A stretch of 64,000 nt of DNA, taken from positions 90,210,001 to 90,274,000 of the forward strand of contig NC_042999.1 in assembly GCF_006345805.1 (NCBI RefSeq), given 5' to 3'. This stretch comes from Octopus sinensis (Eukaryota). A program made the translations under genes and the position numbers. The notes under the pieces were generated by a model, which ran no database searches, had not been told where the DNA came from, and was given only the letters and a program-made list of their open reading frames with translations. Of this stretch, positions 48,101-63,733 are shown one piece after another; the first letter of the stretch is position 1; every line of letters starts with the position of its first letter.

Positions 48101-50839
48101 TGTTTAAACTACTCAAGAGAATTGTGGAAATAAGGGAATGTGTAATTTAGCAATATTTGTGGAATTGTGTAACCCAAGTAAATATATATTCACTGACATT
48201 CTGAAATTAGGATACAAGAATTAATTAGCAATAAATGAACTAATATAAATAAATAAATAAATATAATGCCTTCACATGATTGTAATAGGTTCATTATTTA
48301 ATCACGTGAAAATATAAATTCTGTTGGTAAAAAAGGATTTTTTATGAGAAAAGCTGAAACAATAAATCATCATTCAAAAGAAATCAGTTTCATTAATCAA
48401 ATGCTGTTTAGGAGTTGGTAAGATAGAAAGTATAATTCAATAACCCATGGGAAAAAAATGTAACAAAAAATAAATATTACTTAGATTAGATTGAACTTTA
48501 TAAAGAATAGAATTTAAAAAAAGTAGAAGACAAAAAAAATTTAGAGAATAATGAAAAGGGTTAGCAACATGAAAGAAAAATATAAATCTTTAGTTGTTGA
48601 TTGTTTTGGAGAGGTTTCTGAATGTTACATCTGACTTTAGCTTAAAGATTATTAATGAAATATTTTTTCATATTAATTGGTTACTAGTTTAAAATAGCAA
48701 AACAATTCCTTAACTATGCTCCAGCTTTATATTTTAAAATGTTATTATAATAATGTTAATAATGAAGGTTGAATTGTCTAAAAGATAAATTAAAAACCTA
48801 TCATAAACTGTGTTGCATTATTAAAATACTATATTATTATTTAGGTGCTGGTTGGAACTGATTGAGCAAACTTTTCCAGTTGTTTTCACCTCATCTTTTT
48901 TTATATTTTATTTTTAACAGACATTGTGCACCTTAGACAAAATTAACCAATGTATCAAGTTTTGAAGATGAGAGGGCATGATTTCAGGGAAATTTGTCTA
49001 CTATTTACAAGTAGATAAAGAAACCATGAAGAAACTCGCTTTATCAATGTGACATATGTTTATTGTTTGAGCCTAAGTTAACCCTGAACTAAGAAGATCT
49101 ATAATGAAAAGCATTTCAACAGTAACATTCCTGTCTTTTTATACACCTATAACTACAGTGTTCAATGTAACATTCCTTTTTAAAAGAGTAAAGTGTGATG
49201 TGAGGAATATTTGGCTGCTGTTTCTTGCAGGTTGAGCAACCTCATGGAGGTTGGCTTCATTGTTGGTTTGTAGTAGGAGGTGAGGCTTCTTGGTGATTAT
49301 GTGAGAATCTGAGGTCAGTTTAATGGTAAGTCATAGCGTCTTAATGGTGGATGCTTGTTGTTTAGCCCTAATCAGATATATATGTTCAAAGGCATTCCAG
49401 CTATAACCAGAATTACATAAATCATCTGTTTCTAAGATAGTAGAGTGTAATCTAAAGATCTAGTGGCTATTTCTAGCAGGCTATAAGACCACATAGACTT
49501 CCAGTGGTTGTGATGACAAGATCAATAGAGTTGTGGACAAATCACAGTGCAATATTTCTTTAAGTACCTTTACATTCTTAGTTAGACTTCATTTTTCATC
49601 CTTCCAGTGTAGATAAAATGAGCATCAACTGCTGGAATCAATATTATTATTTTTGCTATCTAAAATTTGTCATACTCTGAAGATAGTGGGATTTAAAGCA
49701 AATTTAGCTTCTATTATTAGCAGATCAAGTGACCATATAGAGGCATTCCCATTGGCTTCATTAAAGTAATATAAGGTATTCCACACCAGAAAGGCTCTGA
49801 TGGCTAAGTGGAAGTGAATTTTCTAACTTTGTGGTTTTGGGTTCATTCCATTGCACAGTACTTTTGCAAATCTATTATAGCCCTGGGCCAACAGAAGACT
49901 TGTGAGTAGATTTGGTGGATAAAAACTGAAATAATCTCATGTGTGTGTGCACACGTATATTTGTTTACATGTGTGCCTCTCTGAAAATCACAAGTTATAA
50001 GCAATATTGTTGTTGTCATTACTCCTGACAAAAACAATGAGCTGCCAGTTTAGTGTCTTCAAAAAATGCATGAAATAAGAGATCCTTACTTCACAAAAAA
50101 AAAAAAGATAAGGGTCAGTAGTAGAATGGTCTTTCATTAAAAACAAACACTATAATGATGTATTTGTTTTACCCATGATATCATGGAAAAACACATAATA
50201 ATGAATGAATGGAATATATATATATAAGTATATAAATTTTACCATCAATATATTACAGGTCGTGGCATGTAAGTGGTCAGAATGTTACCATCAGTTTTTA
50301 CATTGAATTTTGCCATGAGACAACAGCAAAGTCTTTTCAAACATGTTGGCAAGAAGCATATAGCCACTTTTGCACTGGAGGTACATATACACTAAGGTCA
50401 CTTAGTGATAGTAAAATGAAATTTTAGTGGAATATAGGGTGAAGATCTACATAAATATATGAAAGTATGAGTTATTTCCCATAGATTCGTGTTAAAGGTC
50501 AAATTGTGAAAAGAAGATGAATACCCTTAAGTTTGAAAGATGTGTTAAAAGCAATGGGTGGTAAAAATAATGACCAAGGAAACCAATTTGCTTGTTATTT
50601 ATGTTAATAATACTATTAGTAATAAAGAGTAAATTTTGTTAGTAAATTTGAGGGGTTGTCTGTGTGTGATTGCATGTGTGGATGGGGTTTGAGGGGGAGC
50701 AGAAGGGTTGGGGATCCCTATAAAGATTTGGGGCAAGAGGTAGAATGGGATGGAGGAAAGCTATGGGTGATGCCTGTAGCTTGTGGTGTATGTTGCTCTT
50801 CAGTGCAAAGTGGACATGACTACATTGCTAAAATACGTT

Positions 50840-51180
50840 TACACTCATGAGAGCATTATTAAAAAATTTCACCTTCTGAGATAAGGAAAGAGCTTGGGTC
50901 ATATGAGCTCTTTATAAACAGATCGCTGTCTCTGCCATGTACAGCCTACATCTACTGCTATTGAGATACAGCCCAGATCTTTCCAGCAATATTCAGCAGG
51001 TGTTTAAAGACATCGCATACTTTTTTAATTGCCATATATAACTGGCTAAAAATTGTGGTACTGCATCTTTCCTAGATCTTAAAAGAAAATCTTTGGTTAT
51101 TCAGCTTGACCTTGAAAGAGCTCTCTGTCAACCCAATTTCACAGTGTTGGTTGATACTACCTCTACTTTGTAAACCATAG
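50840..51180 (-). mobile_element. Penelope-like GIY-YIG endonuclease C-terminal remnant
   Basis: Minus-strand 'IGLTESSFKVKLNNQRFSFK' (YIGLTExxFKxRYNNHxxSF) and a downstream segment resembling SEIxxxCRHxNK. Confidence 0.55.
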
Positions 51181-54100
51181 CTCCTGTATTGCACTGAGCA
51201 GTCAGTAGGTTCACCCTGTTATCCGTTGATTAAATTTTCTTCATACAAAAAGAAGAAAATGATATACACACAAGTTACAGACTTCAACCATGGCTACCTC
51301 CATATCCCACACCACTTATGATCCCAACTTTTTATAGAGTTCTTTACTCTTCCAGCTTTTTGTTTTCTTCACTCTCATTTCTTACTCTCCCTCCAGCCCA
51401 AGCTACACACAATTATATTGTTGTTAATACCCCCCCCCCCCAGAGATACCACCTAAAACCTCTCTTAATATGAATATAGTATTATTCTTTATTGTCATTA
51501 ATAACAATACATTTTGTTTCCTTTAACATTATTGCCATTATCATTATATTTATCACCCAATACTTTCAACACATCTTTCAAACCTATGGGTTTTCTTTTT
51601 TTCCGTTTGCATCAAGCCATCTAAGATACCTTGTAGGATTATAAATCAACTCCAGTACTTGATAATACTTTCAATTTATCAACTCCATGGGAATGAAAAG
51701 CTAAGCCACTCTTAGTGTGACTGGATTCAGAACAAAGAGCCATAATCAAATTCTGAAGGGCATTTGATCCATTGCTTTAATCATTCTACTAGTTCACTGT
51801 CTCAGTTGTCTATTACCAGTATAACACTGCACAGAACTAATGCTTATATTCATATAATGTTGAATTTGTCTAGTTTTGGCTTTTACATAAATGTTCAGTT
51901 GCATATTATTGATATTACTCTGTTGGAGCAACATTGATAATCAATAATTAATATTAGATTCAATATACTAATTATCAACATTTGAAATCTAATAATCAAT
52001 TAAATATCTGAAGATTAAACTACATTAAAATGCATATTATGCTTAGATGGTAGTAATTATGGGTTTCTGTTTAAGTTTGATGTCAAACATTTATTTTCGT
52101 TGAATCAGCTAGGAACACAAAAATTTACATTTTAGAAGAAACATTAAGTGAAAATTTTCAATTATAAGTATTCTAATTAGAATGAAATAAATTATTCATT
52201 TCAAATATTGAATTATTTTGTAGTAAAATTTAACTTTTTAAATGTTTCCTAAAGTTTTAGATGAAATTACAATTATTATAAGATATAAAACAATGTTAAA
52301 ATTTTGATTATATGAACAAATTTAATTAATATATTAGCAATGAATTGAATTAAAATTAAAAAAGAGTAAATCCTCATCCATTCAAATGTATATTCAAATA
52401 TATCTAGTGTAATCTTCAACTTGATAATCAATGATATTAAAACTTCTGTCCCTATCCCAATGTAAATTTACTTGGCTCAGTCCTCCACTCTACAACATTA
52501 AATTGTCTTATCTTGATGATCCCATAATAGATCCTTTGCCTGATATTTCTTTGGAACTTTCTATCTGTTCATGTTCACTGCAACCACTCACCTGTACCAA
52601 TTCAAACTAAAAATTAATCAATGAAAAAATTAAAGTGTGAAGGAACTAGTGATGGTACATAGTATACAGTTAATAAAATTTGAATTTTTGCAAACACTAA
52701 CAATACTTTTACTATCTATCCAGCTGCCTTTCTCTTATTGAGGACTAATTCCTTTTAATTCCCCAAATGCCCAGTCACTCCAACAACCACAGAAAGGGGA
52801 ACCTAACTGTTGCCTGGTCTATTCAATATTACAGTAAAATCACTATCAATAAATTTCTTGGGGTCTATATAATTATCTGTCTTAAATTTTAGAACAACAG
52901 ACCTTGTAATAAAGACAGGGTTACTGATAAACTAATTCTCTCTTCAGGGAAACAATTCTGAGCGTATTTCAGAAAAATTAATCTCTCATTTTTATTCATT
53001 ATATTTTTTAAACTCTAATTTAACTGTTTCATTTAAATGGATTATCTCATTGAATTATTTAATCTACAAGCATTACATTTCATATAACATATTTTATTTT
53101 GGTCACACACACACATATATATATGTATAAATCGATTGGTTGCATTCATTTCACATGCAGCTTTGACATGTGTATGTCACATGCATCAATCTCTATATAA
53201 ATACTGCAGTGCTACATGAACTTCCATTGACTGGGGTTGGAAAACAACCCTTGTATATGCAATGGAACTATAACAGGTTTCTTTGCTGGTTGTCACATTC
53301 CAAAGAAACTACAGACTTCTGGAAGAATCATTCTGATTTGAAATCTCAATACATTACTGCTAAGTCTAATAAACAGCAAGGTGTTAAAGTAAAATACTAT
53401 ATAGTTCTATTCATCTATCAGTGATTCATTCATCATTGCTTTGGCAAGAATGGTAAAGGTTATGTTTTACTGAAGTATCAGAGTTAACTAAAACATGCCT
53501 AGACTGGTCCCCCTGTTCTTGCAGGAAATATGAAATATTAATCATAGACTAATACTGTATTTTTTTTTCTCACTGCATATTTATTTCTAGTTAGCTTTTT
53601 AATGCTCTATGCATTCTATTTTTAGTTAGCTTTTTAATACTTCTTGATTTCCCTAACTTAACCTATAGAACTTGTTGTCAGTCTATATTTAATAATGGAC
53701 ATTGATGCCATATTTGAATAACAAATAGTTCATGACAATTTGTCATTACCCACTTACATTATTTAAATCTTATACTCCAGTTTATCTTCTTCAAACTTAT
53801 GAAATTTAGTCATCGAACTTTCTATTGTCTTTCTATACACACACACACACACACTCATGCATATATGTAACTAGTATATGCAGGGCAATTTTTAATACAT
53901 TCATTATATAATGAAAATGTATCCAAACATTCTTATGACACAGGTTTCATTATTTTACCTGAGTTAAAGAGTGAAATTTCTTTCACACAATGAAAAGACA
54001 GATATACAAATAACATGGTCATCAACAGTACTTTAATGTTTCATTTTCTTGTCAGTTTTCTCTCAACCTATCTATGCTCATGTTATTCCTCTATACATAG

Positions 54101-54465
54101 TCAATAACTAATATATTGAACAATGATATTATTATAGAAGAGAATTATAACATTTTGTGACAACTCAATAAATTTGAACATCTACTACATATCATCTGGG
54201 CTGACATATAACTGTTTGCTAAGAAGTTCCCTTCACAAGTGTCTTCTATCATAGCCTTGAATTAACCAATACCTTGTGAGTAGAATTTGATAGATGGCTC
54301 TGGTGCAGAAGCTCTTTTTATTTATTTTTATATGAGTCTGTGTGGCTTTGCATGTGTACATCTTTCACCAATGTTTATCAGGGAAGGATATAAAATATGG
54401 GCAAAATAATCAAATAACTGATGCTTTTCAAATAAAATTCCTTGTAATATTTGTTCTGCATGGAA

Positions 54466-54679
54466 AGGCAGCAAGCTGGCAGAAACGATAGCACACCAGG
54501 TGAAATGCTTAACAGTATTTCATCTGTCTTTACAGTCTGAGTTCAAATTCTGCCGAGGTTGACTTTGCCTTTCATCCTTTCGGGGTCAATAAATTAAGTA
54601 CCAGTTGCGTACTCAGGTCAGTCTAATTGACTGGGCCCACATCCCCAAAATTTCAGGCCTTGTGCCTAGAGTAGAAAAG
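54466..54679 (+). mobile_element. tRNA-derived SINE with 20-bp target-site duplication
   Basis: tRNA-like head ('ggcagcaagctggcagaa...gagttcaaattc'), core 'gcctttcatcctttcggggtc..taaa', TSD AATATTTGTTCTGCATGGAA at 54446-54465 and 54680-54699. Confidence 0.9.
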
Positions 54680-55382
54680 AATATTTGTTCTGCATGGAAT
54701 TAATATAATCCTCTGCCATTCTTGCTATCAGAAATATATTGGACCAGTGAGTGATCCATTGGGAGTTCATGAGAAATGATGCTCTTGTTCACCATTGGTG
54801 ATACAAGTAAATATCAAAATGTTACTAATTACCTTTTTGACTTTTCTCATTTTTGTTTTTACACAACACATTATGGTAGACATCATGACAGCTTTACAAT
54901 TTTCTCATAAATGTAACAACTTCATAATTGCACCAGTTCTTTTCATCCACAAATTTGACAACAAAGAATGTAGATAACTAAAGCAAATCAGAATATTATT
55001 AATAGAACAAACATTACGATTTTTATGTAATGTTTTGTATTACTGTGTTTCTTATGTGATTGTTTTCATATCTTTGATCAATGATTGTAGTTAAATATGT
55101 TTTCTGTTACAACAATAATAACATGGGCCACTCAGAATATGTTATATCTTATAAAGATATCTTGGTATAGTGGAAACTTAAAGGGAGTTGCATTTAAGTA
55201 ATTCAAAAGAATTCCAAAGCCTGGATTAATAATCTAATGTTTACTAATGCAAAACAATTGTGAAAGGAATTATGGGATTAAACAATGTAATTTGATTTAT
55301 CATAAAAATATAATATTCAATATAGCTGTATTTTCAATTTATAAATCACATGTAATTTAACAAAAGCTGGCTATATATCTTT

Positions 55383-55760
55383 TACTTGTTTCAGTCATTG
55401 GACTGTGGCCATGCTGGGGTACCACCTTGAAGGGTTTGGTTGAACAAACTGACTCCAGTTATTATTTCTTTTAAAGCTTGGTACTTTTTCGATCAGTCAC
55501 TTTTTGCTGAACAGCTAAGTCACAGTAATATAAACAAAACCAACACTGGTTGTCAAGCAGAGGTGGATGACAATTACATATACAAAGACACACACATAGA
55601 TATATGCATATGTATGATGGGCTTCTTTCAGTTTCTGTCTACCAAATTCACTCACAAGGCTATAGTAGAAGACACTTGCCCAAGGTGCTACACAGTAGGA
55701 CTGAACTTGGAAGCAAGTGGTTGGGAATCAAGCTTCTTACCAGACAGCCATGCCTGTGCC
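55383..55760 (-). mobile_element. Interspersed repeat, SINE-like
   Basis: 'tttacttgtttcagtcattggactgtggccatgctgggg...cagccatgcctgtgcct' with a tRNA-like head on the minus strand; family not identified. Confidence 0.5.
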
Positions 55761-56799
55761 TATAATCTGACAATGTTTAGGTAAGTTATTATTGTACTGA
55801 TAGAAGAATATATCAATCTACTGACTTCACCATTTTTCAGTTTTTTAAATCACTGCAGTTTGAATGGTAATCTCTGTCCTTTGTCAGATGCTATATTTGC
55901 TAGGTTTATGTATTATTACTTGAACTTATGAATCTTTATTAGATATAAGGCTTGAATTATTGTCCAATCTGTAAGGCCCTTTAGTTTCTGCGTTTAGTCC
56001 CAAACTGAACAAAATGCATACAAGCATATAACAATTTTGTCAAGATCAAACCATTCTGAATATAGCTGTTTAGGAGTAATGAAGGTGAAATCAGAAGTCA
56101 AACAAATTATAGATACATTCAAGTTAATATAATGCTTTAAAGCAAAGTTTATATCAGCTTCTCTAAACTATCAATGTTGGATGAGCAACAGATTTAAATA
56201 TTTATCTGAATTGTTAGAGTAAATAGTTTAATGCTATAATTAACCACTTACATTGAAGAGTGAATTAATTGCTTTTTCAGTTAAGTTTATTTTGCACAAT
56301 AAAATAAAGTTTCATGTTTGACTGTATTCATGACCTATTTGTTACTAGCCTATTTAACAGCCTCAATTGTTAATCTTTATTAATTCTTAAAAAAAAAAAT
56401 TACGCACCTTAGAATTTAATTTCAGTTTATACCATGTATATACAATAATATACTCCAAAGTATAAGATAAAAGTTTATTTATTAGTCTTCAACATAACTG
56501 CAAATTTAACTTAATTCAAATGTTTACTTGATTAAATAGATATTCTTTCTACCAAAGGATTTCAATGGATGTAGGATTTAATCTTAAACTCCAAATGCCC
56601 TAACTCAAATTTCTAGAAGACTTAAACCTATGTAGTTTTAAAGGTATGATGATAATAAAATGGAAGGATTTTGCATGCGCTGGCAAAATGTTTGGTAGTA
56701 ACATGCAATTAGATATCATTTGGTGCATAATGGAATGTTTGCATCCAAAGCGGAAGCTAGAAGCAATAAAACAAAAATGAGTTAGTCTTTAATTCTTAC

Positions 56800-56872
56800 C
56801 AAACTCCTCTAGTACAAATATGCCTCCTTTCTGTGTGAAACATTTCTTGACACGACATAGCTCAATAAAGAA
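56800..56872 (-). CDS. Coding exon (phase 0 to 1): FFIELCRVKKCFTQKGGIFVLEEF
   Basis: Acceptor tttttattttcag|, donor |gtaaga, 73 nt open; joins 34435 to give ...VLEEFDPKTRQ... Confidence 0.85.
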
Positions 56873-57518
56873 CTGAAAATAAAAACGAAGCAACTTAAAG
56901 CTGTTGATTCACAAAAGTATACCACTTGTGGACAAAGAGGATAAGTGGCTCACACTGACTAATTGAACTGAACAAAACAATAGCTCTACAAACTACATAT
57001 AAGCAATATAAATCTAGCAGATGCAAATGAAAGGGAAAAATAGGTGCCAAGAGGAAAATTAGAATTTATTTAATCAACATCTTGATTAATGTGGATATTT
57101 AAATGTCATTAAATTGAATTAAAAATTTATACCCACTATAACCAATGTATTTTGCTGAATATAGGATTTTATCAAATCAGGTCATATAATATTTTTCCTG
57201 ACAATTTGCAAGGTGCTAGTAAAGCAATCACAACTTCTAACATTGATTCAACTCAGGTGTAAAATAAGCATACAAACAACATACCAAATTAAAATAAACT
57301 GAAAAGCATAGAGAGGGCAAGCACTAGTTTGAAACAAAAATGATTTTCAGTAATAGTTGTGTTCATACACATAACAATCCAAATAAATGTCTCTATGAAT
57401 TAAAAAAAAAAAATTGGGAGAAAATGTAGACAAGAAGCAAAAGTGTGTGGAGTAAAAAGAAAGGGTAAGTTGTAGAGTGAAGAGTGATCTACAAATGACA
57501 GACACCATAAGCCATTAC

Positions 57519-57527
57519 CTCAAAATC
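57519..57527 (-). CDS. Candidate 9-nt microexon (DFE)
   Basis: First AG after a long AG-free pyrimidine tract; donor |gtaatg; frame-preserving. Confidence 0.35.
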
Positions 57528-58589
57528 CTGCCCCCAGCAGCCGATACAGCGGGATGAAGGGAGAGAAAGAGAGAGAAAAAAAAAGATAACATATTAACCA
57601 GCATATTAGCAACAACATTAGCTGCAACATTACAGTAACGTAAGCCCAGCTTGTTAAGGTGCTTATATCTTCCTTCAGATTTTCAAAAACAAAACATCAA
57701 TTGACGATCAAACAAAAGACATAGAGAATTGAAAGCATAATTGAATGCAAACTGATTTTTGAATCAGTAATAGGGCAAGGAATTTATCTCCGATACTGAT
57801 TAGGCATAGAATCTAGCTTCTCTGAAACATCAGGCTAAATGATCAAGATATAATGAAAGATGGATATTAAGATTCATAATAAATGTAATATTCTTTAACA
57901 AGCCAAAACAGCTGTGAAAGAAGTATTTGCACTTAAATGAAAAAACAGTAGACAGTTATTTTGATTATGTATATTTGTAAAAAGTTGGAGATTATAAAAA
58001 TGATACCGGACTTAAAAGAAACTTAAAAAAATCTTAGCTGATGTACAATAGTAGACACTAGTTAAAAACAACCTATAATGTTCCATTGGAGTTATCTCTT
58101 CTGCTTATGGATTTTAGAGTTTAAACACCATGCAAGGAAGTTTTTGTGAACTATTCGCTAAAATAATCTCAGCTGAAGTTGTTTTTCAACTCATCACTGT
58201 ACATATGCATGACTCAACTGTATTTACATTTAGAACACAGGATTCTCTTGAAGTATTTTCCCTCAGCCAAATTACTGATATTTATAACCAACCTCTCTCT
58301 CTCTCTTGCTATATATATATATGTGTGTGTGTGTGTGCATCTGTTGTGTGTATATGTGCATATAAATATTTACACACACACACACATATATATACACAGG
58401 TACACACACATCTCTGTATGTGTTCACTCAAAGGAATCTGTCCGTGCTGTGGGAACCAGACTTGTCTCTTATTCAATGTGGTTCTCCACACTACATAAGG
58501 AACATCAAATGGGGATAATCAAAATTCTCCTTCCTTTTTGTTACTACTATATGTATATACACATATGCATATATACGTATATGCATGTA

Positions 58590-58661
<72 letters not shown>

Positions 58662-58707
58662 TATGCAAATGTGTGTGTATGTATATACATATATATATAT
58701 ATATATG

Positions 58708-59542
58708 TGCAAGTGGTGTGCAAGAGAGACGATTGTGCTGGTATGGTCATGTGGCAAGAATGGATGAAGATAGGTGTGTGAAAAAGTGCCAATCCCTAGC
58801 AGTTGAGGGAACCCGTGGAAGAGGTAGACCCAGAAAAACCTGGGACGGGGTGGTGAAGCACAACCTTTGAACTTTAGGTCTCACTGAGGAAATGAACAGC
58901 GACCGAGACCTTTGGAAATATGCTGTGCATGAGAAGACCAGGCAGGACAAGTGAGTCCAGCCCACTTATGCATGCCTTTCCTCCCTTGGACACACAAAGA
59001 CCTGTTGAGGCAAGTGAAGTCGAAATCGAACCTCATCCGACGACAGGCACCCATGTCAACCCTCCTTCTCTGCTTGCAAAGACCTGTTGGGGCAAGTGAA
59101 ATCGGAATCGAAATTGAACCAATCCTATGACTGGCACCCGGCAGATACCAGGATCCCTGGACTGGTGGTATGTAAAAAGCACTATCCGAATCGTGGCCGA
59201 TGCCAGCGCCGCCTCGACTGGCTTCCGTGCCGGTGGCACATAAAAGCACCATCCGAATCGTGGTCAATGCCAGTGCCGCCTCGACTGGCTTCCGTGCCGG
59301 TGGCACGTAAAATGCACCAATCCGACCGTGGCCGTTGCCAGCCTCGCCTGGCACCTGTGCAGGTGGCACGTAAAAAGCACCCACTACACTCACGGAGTGG
59401 TTGGCGTTAGGAAGGGCATCCAGCTGTAGAAACACTGCCAGATAAGAATGGAGCCTGGTGCAGCCTTCTGGCTTCCCAGATCCCCGGTCGAACCGTCCAA
59501 CCCATGGAGAACGGATGTTAAACGATGATGATGATGATGATG

Positions 59543-59543
<1 letters not shown>
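58708..59543 (+). mobile_element. Well-preserved RTE LINE 3' end (RT C-terminus, 3' UTR, (GAT)n tail)
   Basis: '[52 protein letters not shown]' is the canonical RTE C-terminus; ends in (GAT)n. Confidence 0.9.
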
Positions 59544-59573
<30 letters not shown>

Positions 59574-60082
59574 TAGTTGTAGGCATGCATGTAGATAAAT
59601 GTGAGCATATATAGCATATAAACGTGTGTGTGTGTATCTGCACTTTGGACAATGCTTGGTGCCAAATCCAGTTACAAAATTTTAAATATCATTTGTGTTT
59701 CCTATTCTAAATACATATATGTATCTCTATCTATCAACCTACTAATGTGTACAAATACACACATGTATACATATTCACACTTATACATACACATCATCAT
59801 CATCATTGTTGTTTAATGTCCATTTTACATGTTGGCATGGTTTGGATGGTTTGACTAGGGACTAGCAAGCCAGGAGGCCTCACCAGGCTCCAATCTGATC
59901 TGGCAATGTTTCTGCACCTGGATTCATCATGAGCCTGGCTGTATTTTCATCAAATTATTTTCCCCTGAGGCACCAGCGAATAGCGGTAAAAAATAATTTT
60001 GAACCATAATTTCTAACAATTTTCAAGTCAGAGAAATACACCATCATTTGCAAACATGAGTTAAGTCCCCTTCTAGTGACGG

Positions 60083-60120
<38 letters not shown>

Positions 60121-60288
60121 GATTTTTTTAAAATCATATCTTTAGTGAGTGATTGACAGAGAAAAACAGACAGACAGGGGTTGTTATGTATGTATGTATG
60201 TATGTGTGAATGGCTTCAGTCACACACACACACACACATGAACATATATGCGTACAAAACACATGTATGCAATGTGTGTATGTGTTGC

Positions 60289-60335
<47 letters not shown>

Positions 60336-60599
60336 TACACACACAATATAAACAATATTCTCCATTTCTCCACAACTAATTTCCAAATTAGCTGAATCCG
60401 TCGCTCTACTCAGCGACATATTGCTGGTCGTGCATGAACATGGGAGTGAGCAGAAGTTACCAGAGCAAAAATCTTAAGTGTTGACTGTAGACACGCTCCT
60501 TTGCAAATGATCAGCTATTATTTTGTAAACAATGTTTCAAAACTGTTCATGTTTTCAAAAGGAGAGATCTGACTCTCACAACTCTGTGGAAGAAGGTAG

Positions 60600-60960
60600 G
60601 CCTCTCTATTCCTCTTACTAAACTTACGTCTGGGTGCCTCAATTGATGGCATCACTTGGGTAGGGGGTGGAGTCTTAGCTGTTTCAGCCTTTCCTAGTAG
60701 CTGAGCAGTTGCAATGAGATGATCTTTGTGAATCTTCTCTGGATTGCTTCAAGGTCCGCTGTTAATTTCACACTGGTGGATGACCATAGCTGTGATCAGT
60801 AATCCAGGCAGCTGAGGATGAATGTCTTCCAGAGGACCATCATGGTTTCATTATCTCTGGTTCTGAATGTTCTCAGGATCATCCAGCCATAGATTCAAAA
60901 GTACATCAAAGTGTTCTCGCCACCTTCGCAGAATTCCTTGTGAATCACGAAGAAGTTCTT
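60600..60960 (-). mobile_element. CR1-clade LINE RT C-terminal fragment
   Basis: Minus-strand 'ILRTFRTRDNETMMVLWKTFILSCLDY*SQLWS..DLEAIQRRFTKII..LSY*ERLKQL'. Confidence 0.8.
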
Positions 60961-60989
60961 TACCATCTCTGTTTCAAAGTGGCATCATT

Positions 60990-61150
60990 AGAGAAGAAGT
61001 CAGTGCATAAACATCTCGCAAGATACCATACAACAGCTTTCTGTTATTGGAATCCGACACCGCCTGTATCTCATCAGCCTTCTTACTTCACCATGCATCC
61101 CACATCTGAGAGAGTCTCTGCCTCACATGTGACTTCACATCCTTGACTTC
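60990..61150 (-). mobile_element. RTE/BovB-like LINE internal fragment
   Basis: Minus-strand 'AW*SKKADEIQAVSDSNNRKLLYGILRDVY' matches the RTE motif WWxKKADEIQxYAD...YxxLKxVYGP. Confidence 0.65.
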
Positions 61151-61172
61151 CCTATGCGACACTTCTCTCTCC

Positions 61173-61315
61173 TGTGGCTTTACATATATACATATATATA
61201 AATATACATACATTTATATATATATACATTTATACATATATATATATATACATATATATATATACATTTATACATATATATATACATACATATATATACA
61301 TATACATATATATAC

Positions 61316-61350
<35 letters not shown>

Positions 61351-61395
61351 CATACATACATATATATATACATACATACATATACATACATACAT

Positions 61396-61428
<33 letters not shown>

Positions 61429-63252
61429 ACATATATATACATATATATATACATATATATACATATATATATATATAACTATATATCATATATATAATAC
61501 ATATATATACATATATATACATATATATATACATATATAACATATATATATACATATATATACATATATATATACATATAATACATATATATATACATAT
61601 ATATACATATATATACATACATATACATATATATATATATAATAACATATATATATACATACATATACATATATATATACATACATATACATAATATATA
61701 TATATATAATACATATACATATATATATACATATATATATACATATAATATATATATATACATATATATTACATACATATACATATATATATACATATAC
61801 ATATACATATATATATATACATATATATACATACAACATATATATACATACATACATATTATACATACTACATAGATATACAATATATATACATACATAT
61901 ATATATATATATACACATTATATACATACAATATATATATATATACATATATATACATACATATATATATACAATATATACAACATATATATACATATAT
62001 ATACATACATACATATATATACATATATATACATACATATATATATATACATATATATACATACATATATATATACATATATATAACATATATATATACT
62101 ATATATATATATAATACATATATATACATATATATATATATATACATATATATACATATATATATACATATATACATACATATATATATACATATATATA
62201 TACATATATACATACATATATAGATATACATATATATACATTATATCATATATATTACACATATATCATATATATACATATATATACATATATATACATG
62301 ATATAATACATATATATACTGTATATAACTATATATACATGTATATACATATATATATATATACATATATATATATAGTACTATTATATATACACATATA
62401 TATATATGCATATATTATATACATATATATATATAATACATATATATATACATATATATACATATATATACATATATATACATATATATATATATACACA
62501 TATTATACATATAATATATATACATATATATACATATTATATACATATATATAGACATATATATACTATATATATACATATATATACATTATATATATAC
62601 ATATTATATACATATATATCATATATATATATATACATATATACAATATATACATATATAACTAATATAACACTATATATACATATATATATACATATAT
62701 ATATACATATATATATACATATATTATACATATATATAATACATATATATACATATATATATATACATATATATATACATATATATATATACATATATAT
62801 ATACATATATATATACATATTATATACATAATATATTATAAATATATATATATATTACATATATATATATATACTATAATATTATACATACGATATATAT
62901 ATATACATATATAATATATACATATATTATAATATATATATACATATATATATATCTATACACATATATATATTATACAATTATATATACTATATAATAT
63001 ATAATATATACATATATATATATATACATACAATATATCATATATATATGATATCATTATATATACATATTATATACATATATATATAATACATATATAT
63101 ACATATATACATATATATATACATATATATACATATCATATATATACATATATATACATATATATACATATATATATACATAATATATACATATATAACA
63201 CATATATATATACATATATATATATATATATTATACATATATATATATACAC

Positions 63253-63301
<49 letters not shown>

Positions 63302-63356
63302 CATATATATACATATATATATATATACTATATATCTATATATATATTATATATAC

Positions 63357-63391
<35 letters not shown>

Positions 63392-63697
63392 CATATATAC
63401 ATATACATATATATACATATACATATATATACATATATATACATATACATATATATACATATACATATAATACATATATATATATACATATACATATATA
63501 TACAACATATATATATATACATATACATATATATACATAACATATATATACATATATATATATACATACATTATACATATATACATATATATATATATAC
63601 ATATATATACATACATATACATATATATACATATATATATATACATATACATATATACATAATACATATATATATATATATATACATACATATATAC

Positions 63698-63733
<36 letters not shown>

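Noticed and set aside
52592-52606. 15-nt minus-strand segment with strong splice sites (tttttag|TTTGAATTGGTACAG|gtgagt)
   Set aside because: In the phase-1 intron it gives an immediate TGA; at best a poison or cryptic exon with no further support.
58130-60419. Many ORFs rich in YI, CV, HT or MY
   Set aside because: Translations of dinucleotide microsatellites and the RTE 3' UTR.
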